A DNA stretch of 64,000 nt, taken from the NCBI GenBank assembly GCA_964429815.1, contig CAYSCM010000001.1:128001-192000 (forward strand), given 5' to 3'. Numbering within the stretch: the stretch's first letter is position 1; each line of letters starts with the position of its first letter. Positions 1-9,089 of this stretch are shown here, piece by piece. The notes beneath the pieces were generated by a model that saw only the letters and a program-made list of their open reading frames with translations, was not told the origin of the DNA and made no database searches. This stretch comes from an uncultured Candidatus Saccharibacteria bacterium (lineage in GTDB: Bacteria; Patescibacteriota; Minisyncoccia; Phycocordibacterales; CAYSCM01). The position numbers and the translations under genes were made by a program.

Positions 1-797
1 GCCGGGCGTGGCATGAAAGAGCGCATCGACCGGCCGCCAGAGGAGGTACCAGGGCCGCGGCTCGTAGGAAACCAGGTACTCCCCTGCGTCATTCTTCACG
101 ATGCTATGATAAATGCCGATCTCGGTAAGGGAGAGCGGTACGGGCGGAATGAAGTTGCCGACGTAGAGGCCTACGAAAATCCAAAAGATGATGCCGAGCA
201 TGAGCGAGAGCCGCCGGAGGTTTTCCCGCACGAGCTTGGGAGCTATGACCCACAGGAAGAGGAGGTAGAGGCTTATGTATATGAGGCTTACGAGCGCGCT
301 TATGAAAAACATCCGCGGGCCGATCTGGGAAAGAAGGACAGGGACAAGAAGCGCCGCGTAGGCGAAGATGAGCGTGTAGTAGACGCTCACGTGGAAGTAC
401 ATGCGACCATAGCGATCCTTGAAGAATTCGTTGCCGATGAGAAGCGCCGCGAGGACGAGAAGGAAAAGCCAATTGCCGACCAGGGTCCCGCTCTGACCGT
501 AAAAGACGAAGAGCCCGCTCGCGAGGTTGCCGAAGGAGAACTGGAGGAGAAGCAGCGGACGAAGCTGCGGCTCCTCTCTTCCCCGCGCTTTGCGCATATT
601 AAGGAGAGCAATGGTGCCGCCTGCGATAAGGACGTAGGAGACGAGGATGATATTGCCGTACACCTGGTCAGGACGGCCGAGTGTTAAAAGATCCCATACG
701 AACCCGCCGAGGAGCGCAGCTGCGGGCAGATGAGCGCGGTAGCGCAGGAGTATGAGCCTGAGTGGATTGAGCCAAGGAGGCAACTGAGACTGGGGCA
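1..797 (-). CDS. Integral membrane protein of unknown function; partial, C-terminus lies beyond the window start
   Basis: Minus-strand ATG at 797-795, then an uninterrupted reading frame to position 1, translating to MPQSQLPPWLNPLRLILLRYRAHL...LFLLVLAALLIGNEFF...GIIFWIFVGLYVGNF... with more than 6 hydrophobic helices. Absent from the ORF track because the stop is off-window. The listed 13..687 + ORF is its low-complexity E/D/R-rich antisense shadow. Confidence 0.65.
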
Positions 798-821
798 TGT
801 CTCAAGTATAACGCTCTACGT

Positions 822-1019
822 CTAGAGCCCTCCTACGTTTGAGTACGTACTGATGAACTGTGGCACGGCAAAAAGAAGGCCAAGGGCAGGAAGGACGATA
901 AAAATGACCGTTATGACAAAAGTCCACAACAGATACTTTCGCGTGCGTTCCGCAGCTCGATAGATCTCATCGAGTTTTTTATCCTGCGCGTCGAGGCGTC
1001 TCTGGAGTTCGGGGTCCAT
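822..1019 (-). CDS. Small hypothetical membrane protein (65 aa, one C-terminal TM helix)
   Basis: ORF with a charged N-terminus and a TM segment FVITVIFIVLPALGLLFAV; lies between two minus-strand genes. Confidence 0.35.
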   Translation of the reverse strand: MDPELQRRLDAQDKKLDEIYRAAERTRKYLLWTFVITVIFIVLPALGLLFAVPQFISTYSNVGGL

Positions 1020-1058
1020 CTCAGTAGCCTAGCACGATAGAGGGACAGGAGTTCCCCT

Positions 1059-2342
1059 CTATCTGCGGGAGCGATACCTACTCCGCCCGCTGCGCATGGG
1101 ATGTGCGCCGCGACGGAAATGGTCTTGATGAGCCCTGCGAGAAGCTTGAGCCTGTGGTGATTGTCCAAATTCGGCTGGCCGTAGAACTGGCGAAGAAGAG
1201 GGCGATTCCCCTTCTCGAACCTTGAGCGGTTTGCGGATGAGGCGTTCGATATCACGAATCTCGGCACGCTCATCGGGAAGGACGAGCGATATGGCGTGAC
1301 CAGAGGCTCCGGCACGGGCGGTGCGGCCGATGCGGTGCACGTAGTCGGCGGAGGTTGAGGGGAGATCAAAGTTTACGACGAGCTCCACTCCCTGAACATC
1401 GATCCCTCGTGCGGCGATGTCAGTAGCGACCAGGACACGATATCGGCCGGATTTAAATCCTTCGAGCGCTTCCTTGCGCTGGTTGAGCGAGCGATTGGAG
1501 TGAATCTCCGCGGAGCTATGCCCTTGCGCACGAAGTGCGGCCGCAACGCGCTTGGCGCCAAATTTCATGCGCGTAAAAACAATGACAGAGCCGCGGTATT
1601 CATTGAGAATGCGCGAGAGTGCGTGCGACTTCTCCTCCTTGGTGCGCACCATGATAATTTCCTGGGTTACCTTCTCCGCAGTTGTTCCTTGTGGTGCGAT
1701 CTCAATTGAGACGGGAAGCTTCATCGTTGTGGAAGCGATTTTCATAATTTCCGGTGAGAGTGTGGCGGAAAAAAGGAGAGTCTGCCGCTCCCGTGGAACA
1801 GCTGCAATAATTTTTTTCACCTGCGGAAGAAAGCCCATGTCGAGCATGCGGTCAGCCTCATCGAGCACGAGAAGATGTACGCCATCGAGCTTGACCGTTT
1901 TTTGATTAAGGTGGTCAATGAGTCGCCCCGGGGTCGCGATGATGACGTGTGGTTTGCGAGAAATTGCACTGAGTTGAGGCTCCATACCCATACCACCAAT
2001 GAGAACGGCGGTGCGCAACCCATTCACACGCCCCAGTTTTTGAAATTCTTCATCCACCTGCAGTGCAAGTTCACGCGTCGGAACGACGACGAGACCGGCG
2101 CCCCCGCTTTGGGCGAGGCGTTGGATCATCGGGATACCAAAGGCAAGCGTTTTGCCGGTCCCGGTCTGCGCGATGCCGATGAGATCCTTGCCCTCAAGGG
2201 CGAGCGGGATCGCTTTGTGCTGAATGAGGGTCGGGGTCGTAAACCGAAGATGCGAAAGTATCTCAAGCATACCGGGCGCGATGCCGAGCCCTTGAAAGGT
2301 AAGTTCTTGTGGGGTGCCAGCGTGCGTCATTGAGGCGAGCAT
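1059..2342 (-). CDS. DEAD-box ATP-dependent RNA helicase
   Basis: Q motif TPTLIQ, Walker A AQTGTGKT, DEAD box LVLDEAD, SAT, HRIGRTARAG; Arg-rich C-terminal tail. Confidence 0.93.
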   Translation of the reverse strand: MLASMTHAGTPQELTFQGLGIAPGMLEILSHLRFTTPTLIQHKAIPLALEGKDLIGIAQTGTGKTLAFGIPMIQRLAQSGGAGLVVVPTRELALQVDEEFQKLGRVNGLRTAVLIGGMGMEPQLSAISRKPHVIIATPGRLIDHLNQKTVKLDGVHLLVLDEADRMLDMGFLPQVKKIIAAVPRERQTLLFSATLSPEIMKIASTTMKLPVSIEIAPQGTTAEKVTQEIIMVRTKEEKSHALSRILNEYRGSVIVFTRMKFGAKRVAAALRAQGHSSAEIHSNRSLNQRKEALEGFKSGRYRVLVATDIAARGIDVQGVELVVNFDLPSTSADYVHRIGRTARAGASGHAISLVLPDERAEIRDIERLIRKPLKVREGESPSSSPVLRPAEFGQSPQAQASRRAHQDHFRRGAHPMRSGRSRYRSRR

Positions 2343-2380
2343 AGCATGGGCTTGCCCGTAGCGCTTGTCAGCGTCCGAAC

Positions 2381-2413
2381 AAAAACCGCGGCCGCCGAAG
2401 CGGCCGCGGTTTT
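2381..2413. terminator. Intrinsic terminator hairpin (ccgcggccg / cggccgcgg) flanked by A5 and T4; downstream of the DoxX gene
   Basis: Perfect 9-bp GC stem with a 6-nt loop and a T/A run on both sides. Confidence 0.7.
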
Positions 2414-2429
2414 GTAAAGATAGTACGGA

Positions 2430-2837
2430 TCAGTCGTGCTCGAACACGTGGAGAAGGCGCGCTCGGCCGGAACCCGAAAGCACAATACCGAAAGAGACCG
2501 CGGTGAGGAGAAGCTCCAGTTCTGAGCCGGAGAGGCCGCGCTTAGGAAGCGTCACAAGAATAAAGGCAAAAAGTGCGACAAGGCCAGTGCCGACCGCGGC
2601 CGCGCGCGTGAGAATACCCGCGACGAGCATGATACCGCCGAGAAGCTCGACTGCCGGCACGAGGTAGGCAAGCCAGGCCGGAATGCCGAGGCTTCCCATA
2701 AATGCGACGGTCGCGGTCATGTTGCTGAATTTCATCCAGCCATGATTGATAAACATGAGGCCGGCCGCAACGCGGATGAGTAAAAGTCCCGCCCATGGGC
2801 GGTACCAGAACTTACTAATGCGATTAAGATTTTTCAT
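2430..2837 (-). CDS. DoxX-family membrane protein
   Basis: Internal Met MKNLNRISKFWYRPWAGLLLIRVAAGLMFINHG... matches DoxX; 4 TM helices. Confidence 0.75.
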   Translation of the reverse strand: MKNLNRISKFWYRPWAGLLLIRVAAGLMFINHGWMKFSNMTATVAFMGSLGIPAWLAYLVPAVELLGGIMLVAGILTRAAAVGTGLVALFAFILVTLPKRGLSGSELELLLTAVSFGIVLSGSGRARLLHVFEHD

Positions 2838-2958
2838 ACTGTCTTCACTATACGGTGAGTTCGAGCGGAGCTGTAGCCACTTATGCACGGGCGTTTGACA
2901 CTCTCATAGGCCCCCGCTAGGCTTGCCGCAGTCTTGTTCAACAACCGAGGGGAAACCC

Positions 2959-3840
2959 ATGGACTACAAACCGCTCTCCGAGCGTACCCCCGACACGCAG
3001 TATCGGGAGCGCCTCGTCGATATCCTCGAAAACGGCATTCTCGCTAAAGGTTTGCCGCAAGGCATCGGCGCACTCACCCGCTTCGGAACGCTCCGACCGA
3101 TGGTCTTTGACCTGCGCAATGGGGTCCCACTCATCACGGAGCGCAAACTTGGCTCCTGGAAAAGTGCGGTCGCCGAAATTCTCGCATTCATCAATGGAGC
3201 GCGTGACATTGATGAAATCGAATCGTTCGGCGTCAACAAGGCGTTCTGGAGCCCCTATCGCGGGAAAGGTACCGAGCTTGGGCTTTCCCCCAACGACATG
3301 GGGCCTGGCTCCTACGGTGGTGTCTTTGGTCACTATGAGCGGGCCGACGGGAGTACGTTCAATCAGTTCGAACTCCTCCTCGAGCAAATGCAAAACTTCC
3401 CGAAACTTCGTACACACCGCGTCGTGAATAACAGGCCTGAATACACGGCTCGAGGGCCGAATCGTAAGGTCATTGTGGCTCCTTGCCACGGCGAACTTCA
3501 CCTGCGAGACCTGGGAAGAATTGACATGCGTATGGATCAACGCTCTGCCGATTTTCCGATCGGAGTGCCGCACAATATGATTCAATACGCCGCTCTTCTT
3601 CTCATGATCTGTCAGGTCCTTCGTCGTGAGCCAGGCAACTTCATCCACTCCTTTGCGGATGCCCACATCTACGAGAATCAGGTGGAGTCGGCCAAGGAGC
3701 TCGTCTCCCGGCCGGCAAAACCCTTCCCTACACTCCATCTAAACCCGTCGGTGACAAATCTCTTCGACTTCAGGATTGAACACTTCGAGCTGCGGGAATA
3801 CGATCCGCACCCGCCACTGTCGATTCCCTACGCGCCGTAA
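2959..3840 (+). CDS. thyA: Thymidylate synthase (ThyA-type)
   Basis: APCHGELHLR catalytic Cys region, RSADFPIGVPHNMIQYAALLLMICQV, N-terminal FGTLRPMVFDL. Confidence 0.88.
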   Translation: MDYKPLSERTPDTQYRERLVDILENGILAKGLPQGIGALTRFGTLRPMVFDLRNGVPLITERKLGSWKSAVAEILAFINGARDIDEIESFGVNKAFWSPYRGKGTELGLSPNDMGPGSYGGVFGHYERADGSTFNQFELLLEQMQNFPKLRTHRVVNNRPEYTARGPNRKVIVAPCHGELHLRDLGRIDMRMDQRSADFPIGVPHNMIQYAALLLMICQVLRREPGNFIHSFADAHIYENQVESAKELVSRPAKPFPTLHLNPSVTNLFDFRIEHFELREYDPHPPLSIPYAP

Positions 3841-3846
3841 ACTGCC

Positions 3847-3878
3847 GCGCTCTCCCTGTCGGGAGAGCGCTTTCTTTT
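3847..3878 (+). terminator. Rho-independent terminator after thyA
   Basis: gcgctctccc-tgtc-gggagagcgc followed by tttctttt. Confidence 0.8.
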
Positions 3879-3892
3879 GTATAGTCAGCTCC

Positions 3893-4360
3893 ATGGCAAA
3901 AAAGTATGTCGACCGAAACGCTGCCCTAGGACGAAAAAACTACTTACAGGTGATAGACCGCATTATCAAAGACCGTGTGTGCCCCTTTTGTGAAGAACAT
4001 TTTTTGAAATACCACACAAAACCTATTTTGAAGCGCGGCTCCCACTGGCTCCTGACGAAAAACATGAATCCCTACGCGGGTACGAAGCATCATTTCCTGT
4101 TCGTACATCGACGACATATTGAAAATCCGACTTCGATGAGCGACGCGGCATGGAAGGAGCTCCTCGCGCATATTCGCTACGTTGTTAAAAAATTCAAATT
4201 GCCGGGAGGAGGTCTTTATGTGCGTTTTGGCGATCCGCGCTATTCGGCCGCCTCGGTCGCCCATCTTCACGCCAACGTGATTCTCGGCACAAAACGGGGG
4301 AAACATACTGAGCCGATCGGTGTTGACCTTAGTTATAAGAAAAAACGCCCTCGTTTCTAG
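3893..4360 (+). CDS. HIT-family (histidine triad) nucleotide hydrolase/transferase
   Basis: CPFCE zinc motif plus histidine triad VAHLHANVI (HxHxHxx). Confidence 0.7.
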   Translation: MAKKYVDRNAALGRKNYLQVIDRIIKDRVCPFCEEHFLKYHTKPILKRGSHWLLTKNMNPYAGTKHHFLFVHRRHIENPTSMSDAAWKELLAHIRYVVKKFKLPGGGLYVRFGDPRYSAASVAHLHANVILGTKRGKHTEPIGVDLSYKKKRPRF

Positions 4361-5223
4361 CTAGAAACGAGGGCGTCGTGAAGTTCCACGCGAACGATCT
4401 CGACGTTGCGAGAACGGAGGGTGTCGGCTCCCGCCACCAACGAGTACCCTTCAGCGTAGAAGAGTCTTCGAATGCCGGCGTTTGCGATGGCGGCGGCACA
4501 CGGAGGACACGGGAAGGTGGTGCAGTAGAGGTCACAACCGTCCGTGGAGATTCCGCGTTTCGCTGCCGCAGAGATCAGGCCGTTCTCCCCATGGAGGGAG
4601 AGAGTGGCATCAATGTGCTGCCCCGGCTCGAAGTTGCTTCGGGGATCGCCAAGAACGTAAGCGGTTTGCTCAAGCGGCAGATGGGTGTTGAAGGCCACGA
4701 GGAGTGGTTTCCCATCCCGGCACAGCAGCGCCCCAATTTGACGCCACCAGTCGGGAGAGCGTTTCGCCAAGGCGTACGCCCGCCGCATGAGTTCTCGATC
4801 AAGACCCTCTCTTGATACGACGACACCCTCTTCGGGATTCTTTTTATGCGTCGTCGTCGTCCAATCCCAGCGTAGTTTCCATCCGGAGTCGAACTCCACT
4901 TCTCGATCGGAGAAGTACATCTTCGCAAAGAGCCGGGCGATATCTTCGTCCGGCATCGCGATCCGACGAGCGGCAAGGGTATGGAAGTTCTCCCTCGTGA
5001 GTACCTCAACCCGCTCGAAGAGGTAGAGTGCGCGGATCATGGCCGCTGCGGTCTGGGGCTTCAATCCCGGCAAATGCCGCACCAACGACTTGTGCTCGCT
5101 GATGAAGTCTTCGCCGAGAATCCACAGCTCTCCGCCGGCGTATGTATGGAAGAGCTCCACATACCCGCTGTGTGGAGCGGGTATGTAGGCAACGAGCGTT
5201 TTAAGAGCCGGTGCCGAGTCCAC
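4357..5223 (-). CDS. dCMP/CMP deaminase zinc-binding domain protein with ~150 aa N-terminal extension
   Basis: C-terminal TFPCPPCAAAIANAGI (PCxxC) and HGE motif; N-terminal extension of unknown function. Confidence 0.8.
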   Translation of the reverse strand: MDSAPALKTLVAYIPAPHSGYVELFHTYAGGELWILGEDFISEHKSLVRHLPGLKPQTAAAMIRALYLFERVEVLTRENFHTLAARRIAMPDEDIARLFAKMYFSDREVEFDSGWKLRWDWTTTTHKKNPEEGVVVSREGLDRELMRRAYALAKRSPDWWRQIGALLCRDGKPLLVAFNTHLPLEQTAYVLGDPRSNFEPGQHIDATLSLHGENGLISAAAKRGISTDGCDLYCTTFPCPPCAAAIANAGIRRLFYAEGYSLVAGADTLRSRNVEIVRVELHDALVSS

Positions 5224-5884
5224 GGTCCATCTCCTCGATCAGTTGACCAAGACGTGCGCGCAAGTCCTTCATCATCTCGAGCTTGCCATCCATGGCGAGC
5301 CTGCGAATGATGGCTGTTGTCGACGTTTCCGCTTGCGGCGGCAAATTTACCAGGTGCTCGCAGTACCTCTTGATACCATCGAGCGCTGGCAAATCCTTTG
5401 TCGACGTGGAGACGATACGCACATCGTGCTTCACGAGCTTGAAGAGCGTATCGGCCTCGTATTGCGGCACGATGATGTCCACTTCCCGCATTTGCCCGAG
5501 AACTTCGCAGCGCTCGGCCATTGGCGTCAGCGGGCGTGTCGGCCCTTTACGGGCTTTTGTGAGCTCGTCGGTATCGATGCCGACCACCATCACGAGTTCA
5601 GCCTCGGGATAGAGTTTCTTCGCTTCGATCTTGCCGGTCTCGATGTACCTGCCGTGACCGACGTGGTACATATCCCATACGCCGGTCGTAAAGGCCACAA
5701 CGCAGCCCATTGAATGGACGTGATCGACCACCTCAACAAGCTCCTGGTGGTTGTCGAAGTAGCGATCTTCAAAGGTCGCCCTCCCTTTCAAAATGCGCAA
5801 CGCGCGCTTATGAACGGGATTCGGGATCGTCCTTTGGTGCCCGTCCGTGTGTGGAAGGGGCGCCACCTTGGTGATGTCGTTCAT
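5201..5884 (-). CDS. Cytidylyltransferase-like (HxGH) nucleotidyltransferase
   Basis: AFTTGVWDMYHVGHGRYIE matches the (T/H)xGH signature of RfaE-domain-II / TagD-like nucleotidyltransferases; overlaps the downstream deaminase start (operon). Confidence 0.7.
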   Translation of the reverse strand: MNDITKVAPLPHTDGHQRTIPNPVHKRALRILKGRATFEDRYFDNHQELVEVVDHVHSMGCVVAFTTGVWDMYHVGHGRYIETGKIEAKKLYPEAELVMVVGIDTDELTKARKGPTRPLTPMAERCEVLGQMREVDIIVPQYEADTLFKLVKHDVRIVSTSTKDLPALDGIKRYCEHLVNLPPQAETSTTAIIRRLAMDGKLEMMKDLRARLGQLIEEMDRGLGTGS

Positions 5885-6007
5885 TTTGCTAACCTCACAA
5901 GTAACTGACTGAGAAAACCCTACCATGAAGGAAGCCCGGCGAAAGATTGCCGCTGCGGGCGAACTATTGTATAGAGCTAGGTGGGTTCGCAACCGCATAG
6001 GTGAGTC

Positions 6008-6505
6008 ATGCCGGAGAGAGTGAGCATCATCGCCGCGCTTGGGAAAAACCGCGAGCTCGGCAAGGACAACAAGCTCCTCTGGCGTATCCCAGAGGATCTA
6101 AAGCGCTTTAGGGAGCTCACGATGGGACATCCCGTCGTGATGGGAAGACGTACCTTCTGCTCCATTCTCGCCTCGCTTGGTAAGCCCCTCCCCGGGCGCA
6201 CCAGCATCGTCATTACCCGGGAAGTCGGTTGGGGTAAGCCGGGCGCCGTCGTCGTCAACTGTTTCGAGATGGCACTTCGCAGAGCCCGTGCGCTCTCCGA
6301 CCAGGAAGTCTTCATTGGCGGCGGGGCGCAGATCTACGAGGAGGCACTTCCCTTCACCCATCGCCTCTACCTCACTCTCATCGATGAGCAGAAGGATGGC
6401 GATGTGTTCTTTCCAGAATACGAACGCGAGTTTACGAGAACACTCTTTGAGAAGAGGGGTGTTCACGAAAACGTACACTACCGATTCGTAACCCTTGAAC
6501 GATAG
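6008..6505 (+). CDS. folA: Dihydrofolate reductase
   Basis: IAALGKNRELGKDNKLLWRIPEDLKRFRELTMGHPVVMGRRTF. Confidence 0.9.
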   Translation: MPERVSIIAALGKNRELGKDNKLLWRIPEDLKRFRELTMGHPVVMGRRTFCSILASLGKPLPGRTSIVITREVGWGKPGAVVVNCFEMALRRARALSDQEVFIGGGAQIYEEALPFTHRLYLTLIDEQKDGDVFFPEYEREFTRTLFEKRGVHENVHYRFVTLER

Positions 6506-6507
6506 GA

Positions 6508-6538
6508 AACCGCCGCGACTCTCGTCGCGGCGGTTTTT
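6508..6538 (+). terminator. Rho-independent terminator after folA
   Basis: aaaccgccgcgac-tctc-gtcgcggcggttt then T run. Confidence 0.8.
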
Positions 6539-6595
6539 CCTTCGCTTGTCTTATACGCACATTTCGTGTAGAGTCACTCCGGATGGAGGTGGCTC

Positions 6596-6853
6596 ATGGA
6601 CTCTCTAAAAGCCTTCTGGGACGTTCTCCGAGAGGACTGGCAAGCTCTCGCGGTCGGATTGATTGCTCAAGTGTCTCTACAGAGCATACCCTTGCTTCCA
6701 CTTCTTATTTTCGAGGATAAAGTTCTCGACAAATATCGCGAACCTGCGTTTATTTGTTCTTTTTTTTGGATACTGCTTACCGTTTTTATTGGAACATACG
6801 TGTACGATCGCATGTGCGATACGTTCGAACACAAACGCCGTCAGCTCCGCTGA
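6596..6853 (+). CDS. Hypothetical small membrane protein (85 aa) in an AT-rich patch
   Basis: ORF with one TM segment. Its stop lies inside a strong terminator hairpin (aaacgccgtcagc/gctgacggcgttt, 6834-6870) that also serves convergent rplK. Confidence 0.45.
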   Translation: MDSLKAFWDVLREDWQALAVGLIAQVSLQSIPLLPLLIFEDKVLDKYREPAFICSFFWILLTVFIGTYVYDRMCDTFEHKRRQLR

Positions 6854-6886
6854 CGGCGTTTTATCTTTTTACTTGAGTTGGCTCAC

Positions 6887-7309
6887 CTATTTTACTTCGA
6901 TCCCCATCGAGCGAGCAGAGCCCTCGATGATGCGCATGGCACCCTCGATATCTTTGGCATTGAGATCCGCCATTTTCTTCTCAGCGATCTCGCGAACCTG
7001 CGCCTTGGTAACAACGCCAGCGCGAGAGAGCGGCGTCTTCCCCGAACCTTTCTCGATACCGGCCGCTTTCATGAGGAGGTTACTTGCCGGCGGGGTCTTC
7101 AGGATGAAGTCGTAGCTCCTATCTTCGTAGACGGAAATCTCGACCGGGATCATGTCTCCCATCATCGGACGCGTTTTTTCGTTAAATTTATTGACGAAGT
7201 CGCCGATGTTGATACCCGCCTGACCGAGCGTCGGGCCAAGCGGTGGTGCGGGAGTCGCCTTTCCGGCGGGAGCTATGAGCTTTACCTTTTTGATTACTTT
7301 CTTTGCCAT
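6887..7309 (-). CDS. rplK: 50S ribosomal protein L11
   Basis: [35 protein letters not shown]. Confidence 0.95.
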   Translation of the reverse strand: MAKKVIKKVKLIAPAGKATPAPPLGPTLGQAGINIGDFVNKFNEKTRPMMGDMIPVEISVYEDRSYDFILKTPPASNLLMKAAGIEKGSGKTPLSRAGVVTKAQVREIAEKKMADLNAKDIEGAMRIIEGSARSMGIEVK

Positions 7310-7326
7310 GAGAGTAGAAATCTAGC

Positions 7327-7872
7327 TTACATCTTCCGAACCTGCAAGAAATCAAGTTCGACCGGCGTTTCGCGGCCGAACATCGGAACCATAATCTTCA
7401 CCTTGCCGCGCTCTTCATCCACCTCCCCGATGCGCCCCTCGAGATCCTTGAACGGCCCGTCAACAATGACGACCGGCTCATCAAGGTTGAAGTCGATCTT
7501 GTGTTTTACCGTCTCGCTCTTCATGCGACGGAAGAGGCTTTCGATCTCTTCCTCCGTAAGCGGCACTGGATTGACTCCCGAGCCAACGAAACCGGTCACG
7601 CGCGGCGTGTTGCGCACCACGTACCAAGAATTGTCGTCGACAACCATGTCGACGAGCACGTAGCCTGGGTATATTTTTTCTTCCTCTTCGACGCGCTTGC
7701 CGCCTTTCACCTTTATCTTGCGCTCCGTCGGCACGACCACGTCGAAAATCTTTTCGCCAACGCCGAGCGATTCTATGCGCTGCTTGAGATTGCGCGCGAC
7801 CGCGTTTTCGTAGCCGGCGTAGGTGTGGATCGCGTACCAGTGCCGCTCACCCGTTGAAGCTTGTTTTGCCAT
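7327..7872 (-). CDS. nusG: Transcription antiterminator NusG
   Basis: NGN domain HWYAIHTYAGYENAV and KOW motif FKDLEGRIGEV. Confidence 0.95.
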   Translation of the reverse strand: MAKQASTGERHWYAIHTYAGYENAVARNLKQRIESLGVGEKIFDVVVPTERKIKVKGGKRVEEEEKIYPGYVLVDMVVDDNSWYVVRNTPRVTGFVGSGVNPVPLTEEEIESLFRRMKSETVKHKIDFNLDEPVVIVDGPFKDLEGRIGEVDEERGKVKIMVPMFGRETPVELDFLQVRKM

Positions 7873-7875
7873 AAT

Positions 7876-8052
7876 TTAGATTATTTTTTGAAGCCCGTAG
7901 GTAAAGGCTGCGTCGAAGACGCCGAGAAAGAGCGACACGCCGATCGAGATGCCGATGACGAGAAGTGTAAAGACGATCGCTTGGCGACGGGTCGCCCACG
8001 ATACGTGCCGAAGTTCGGCCCTGGTTTCCTTGAGATAGTCGATGAGGCTCAT
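7876..8052 (-). CDS. secE: Preprotein translocase subunit SecE (58 aa)
   Basis: Hand translation from minus ATG 8052: MSLIDYLKETRAELRHVSWATRRQAIVFTLLVIGISIGVSLFLGVFDAAFTYGLQKII. Conserved position upstream of nusG. Missed by the ORF track (<60 aa). Confidence 0.85.
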   Translation of the reverse strand: MSLIDYLKETRAELRHVSWATRRQAIVFTLLVIGISIGVSLFLGVFDAAFTYGLQKII

Positions 8053-8181
8053 GAGAGTTTTTTCCTATTAAAAAACCCCTTGCGGGGGTTGCTAGTACAG
8101 AAACCCTACTCCCTTTTCGGAGCGTTGTCAATAAAGAAAAAGACCTGGTTTCTTGCGAAACCAGGTCTTGCGTGCAAGGGA

Positions 8182-8994
8182 TTACTTGGACGACCGGTAC
8201 TGCTTTTGCCCGACCGGCCCTTTCTTGGGCTGGTCCTCGAGGCGGCGCGTGCGGTTTTCCGCCCGACGCGCCTCACGCTCGGCGCGCGAGGGCTTGGGGC
8301 TCTCCTGCGGCGAGTTGGGCAGGACGACGACATTGTCGCCCGCGGGTTTCACCTGCCGGTCGCGCGGATAGCGCCGCGAGATGGTCCTTCCCTCCTTGCG
8401 GAAGGTGACCGCCCAGAAGGGGCCGTCCGGGCGACGGTCGACGCTCCAGCCATGGATCTTCATGGCCTCAATGTCGACGTCGGAGGGCTCCGCGGCGGAG
8501 TGGCCGAGCGCGTAGTGTGCCCTGAGGGCCTTATACGCGGGGCCGGGAAGGAGTTTCTTCCCGACGTTTGCTTCCCCATGCGGGTAACTCCCGAAGCGGA
8601 AGCCCCAGACGCCGCCGAGGCGAACCAGGCAGAACCCCAGAATCGACGCGGCTTGGGCCGCGCGGCACATGTGCCGCACGTCCTCGGCCGTGGCCGGTCG
8701 GTCCTGAACCGACGCGAGGGCGACGATCGCGTCCTCGAATGCCACTTTCGCGAACCGCTTGCGCGGTTCGTCGAAGGAGCAGGCGCCGAGGAAGCGCTCG
8801 TAGGTCGAGCGCGACAAGTGCGCCCTGCCTTCGGTCATGGAGTCGGCGAGCCGACTCCAGTCATCGCCATTTTCGGCGCGGGCGTAGTCCATCGCCCTGT
8901 GGAGGGCCGCGTTGATCAACTTGCCGTCGCCCTCAGCGGTGCCACTTTGGGCACGCTCGAGACACTCGTCGAACGTCAGGAAAACCACCGTCAT
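8182..8994 (-). CDS. Hypothetical protein encoded in a markedly higher-GC segment (possible foreign insertion)
   Basis: 270-aa ORF with balanced composition and a hairpin terminator downstream (8139-8170). The opposite-strand 405-aa ORF is R/G/A-rich and antisense to secE, so it is likely spurious. Confidence 0.55.
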   Translation of the reverse strand: MTVVFLTFDECLERAQSGTAEGDGKLINAALHRAMDYARAENGDDWSRLADSMTEGRAHLSRSTYERFLGACSFDEPRKRFAKVAFEDAIVALASVQDRPATAEDVRHMCRAAQAASILGFCLVRLGGVWGFRFGSYPHGEANVGKKLLPGPAYKALRAHYALGHSAAEPSDVDIEAMKIHGWSVDRRPDGPFWAVTFRKEGRTISRRYPRDRQVKPAGDNVVVLPNSPQESPKPSRAEREARRAENRTRRLEDQPKKGPVGQKQYRSSK

Positions 8995-9089
8995 GGAAGA
9001 CCCCTACAGGTTGAAGTGCGGAAGGTACAAAACAGCGACCCTCAGGGTCGCTGTTTCATTCAAGCACAGAATAGTTAATTTGTCAATAT

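Noticed and set aside
13-687. 224-aa plus-strand ORF at the left edge
   Set aside because: Low-complexity E/D/R/K composition; antisense to a convincing multi-TM membrane protein ORF (1..797 -).
2938-3738. 266-aa minus-strand ORF
   Set aside because: Antisense shadow of thyA.
7861-9078. 405-aa plus-strand ORF spanning secE and the high-GC gene
   Set aside because: R/G/A/P-rich, as expected from reading high-GC DNA in the wrong frame. It overlaps secE antisense. The opposite-strand 8182..8994 ORF has normal composition and a downstream terminator.
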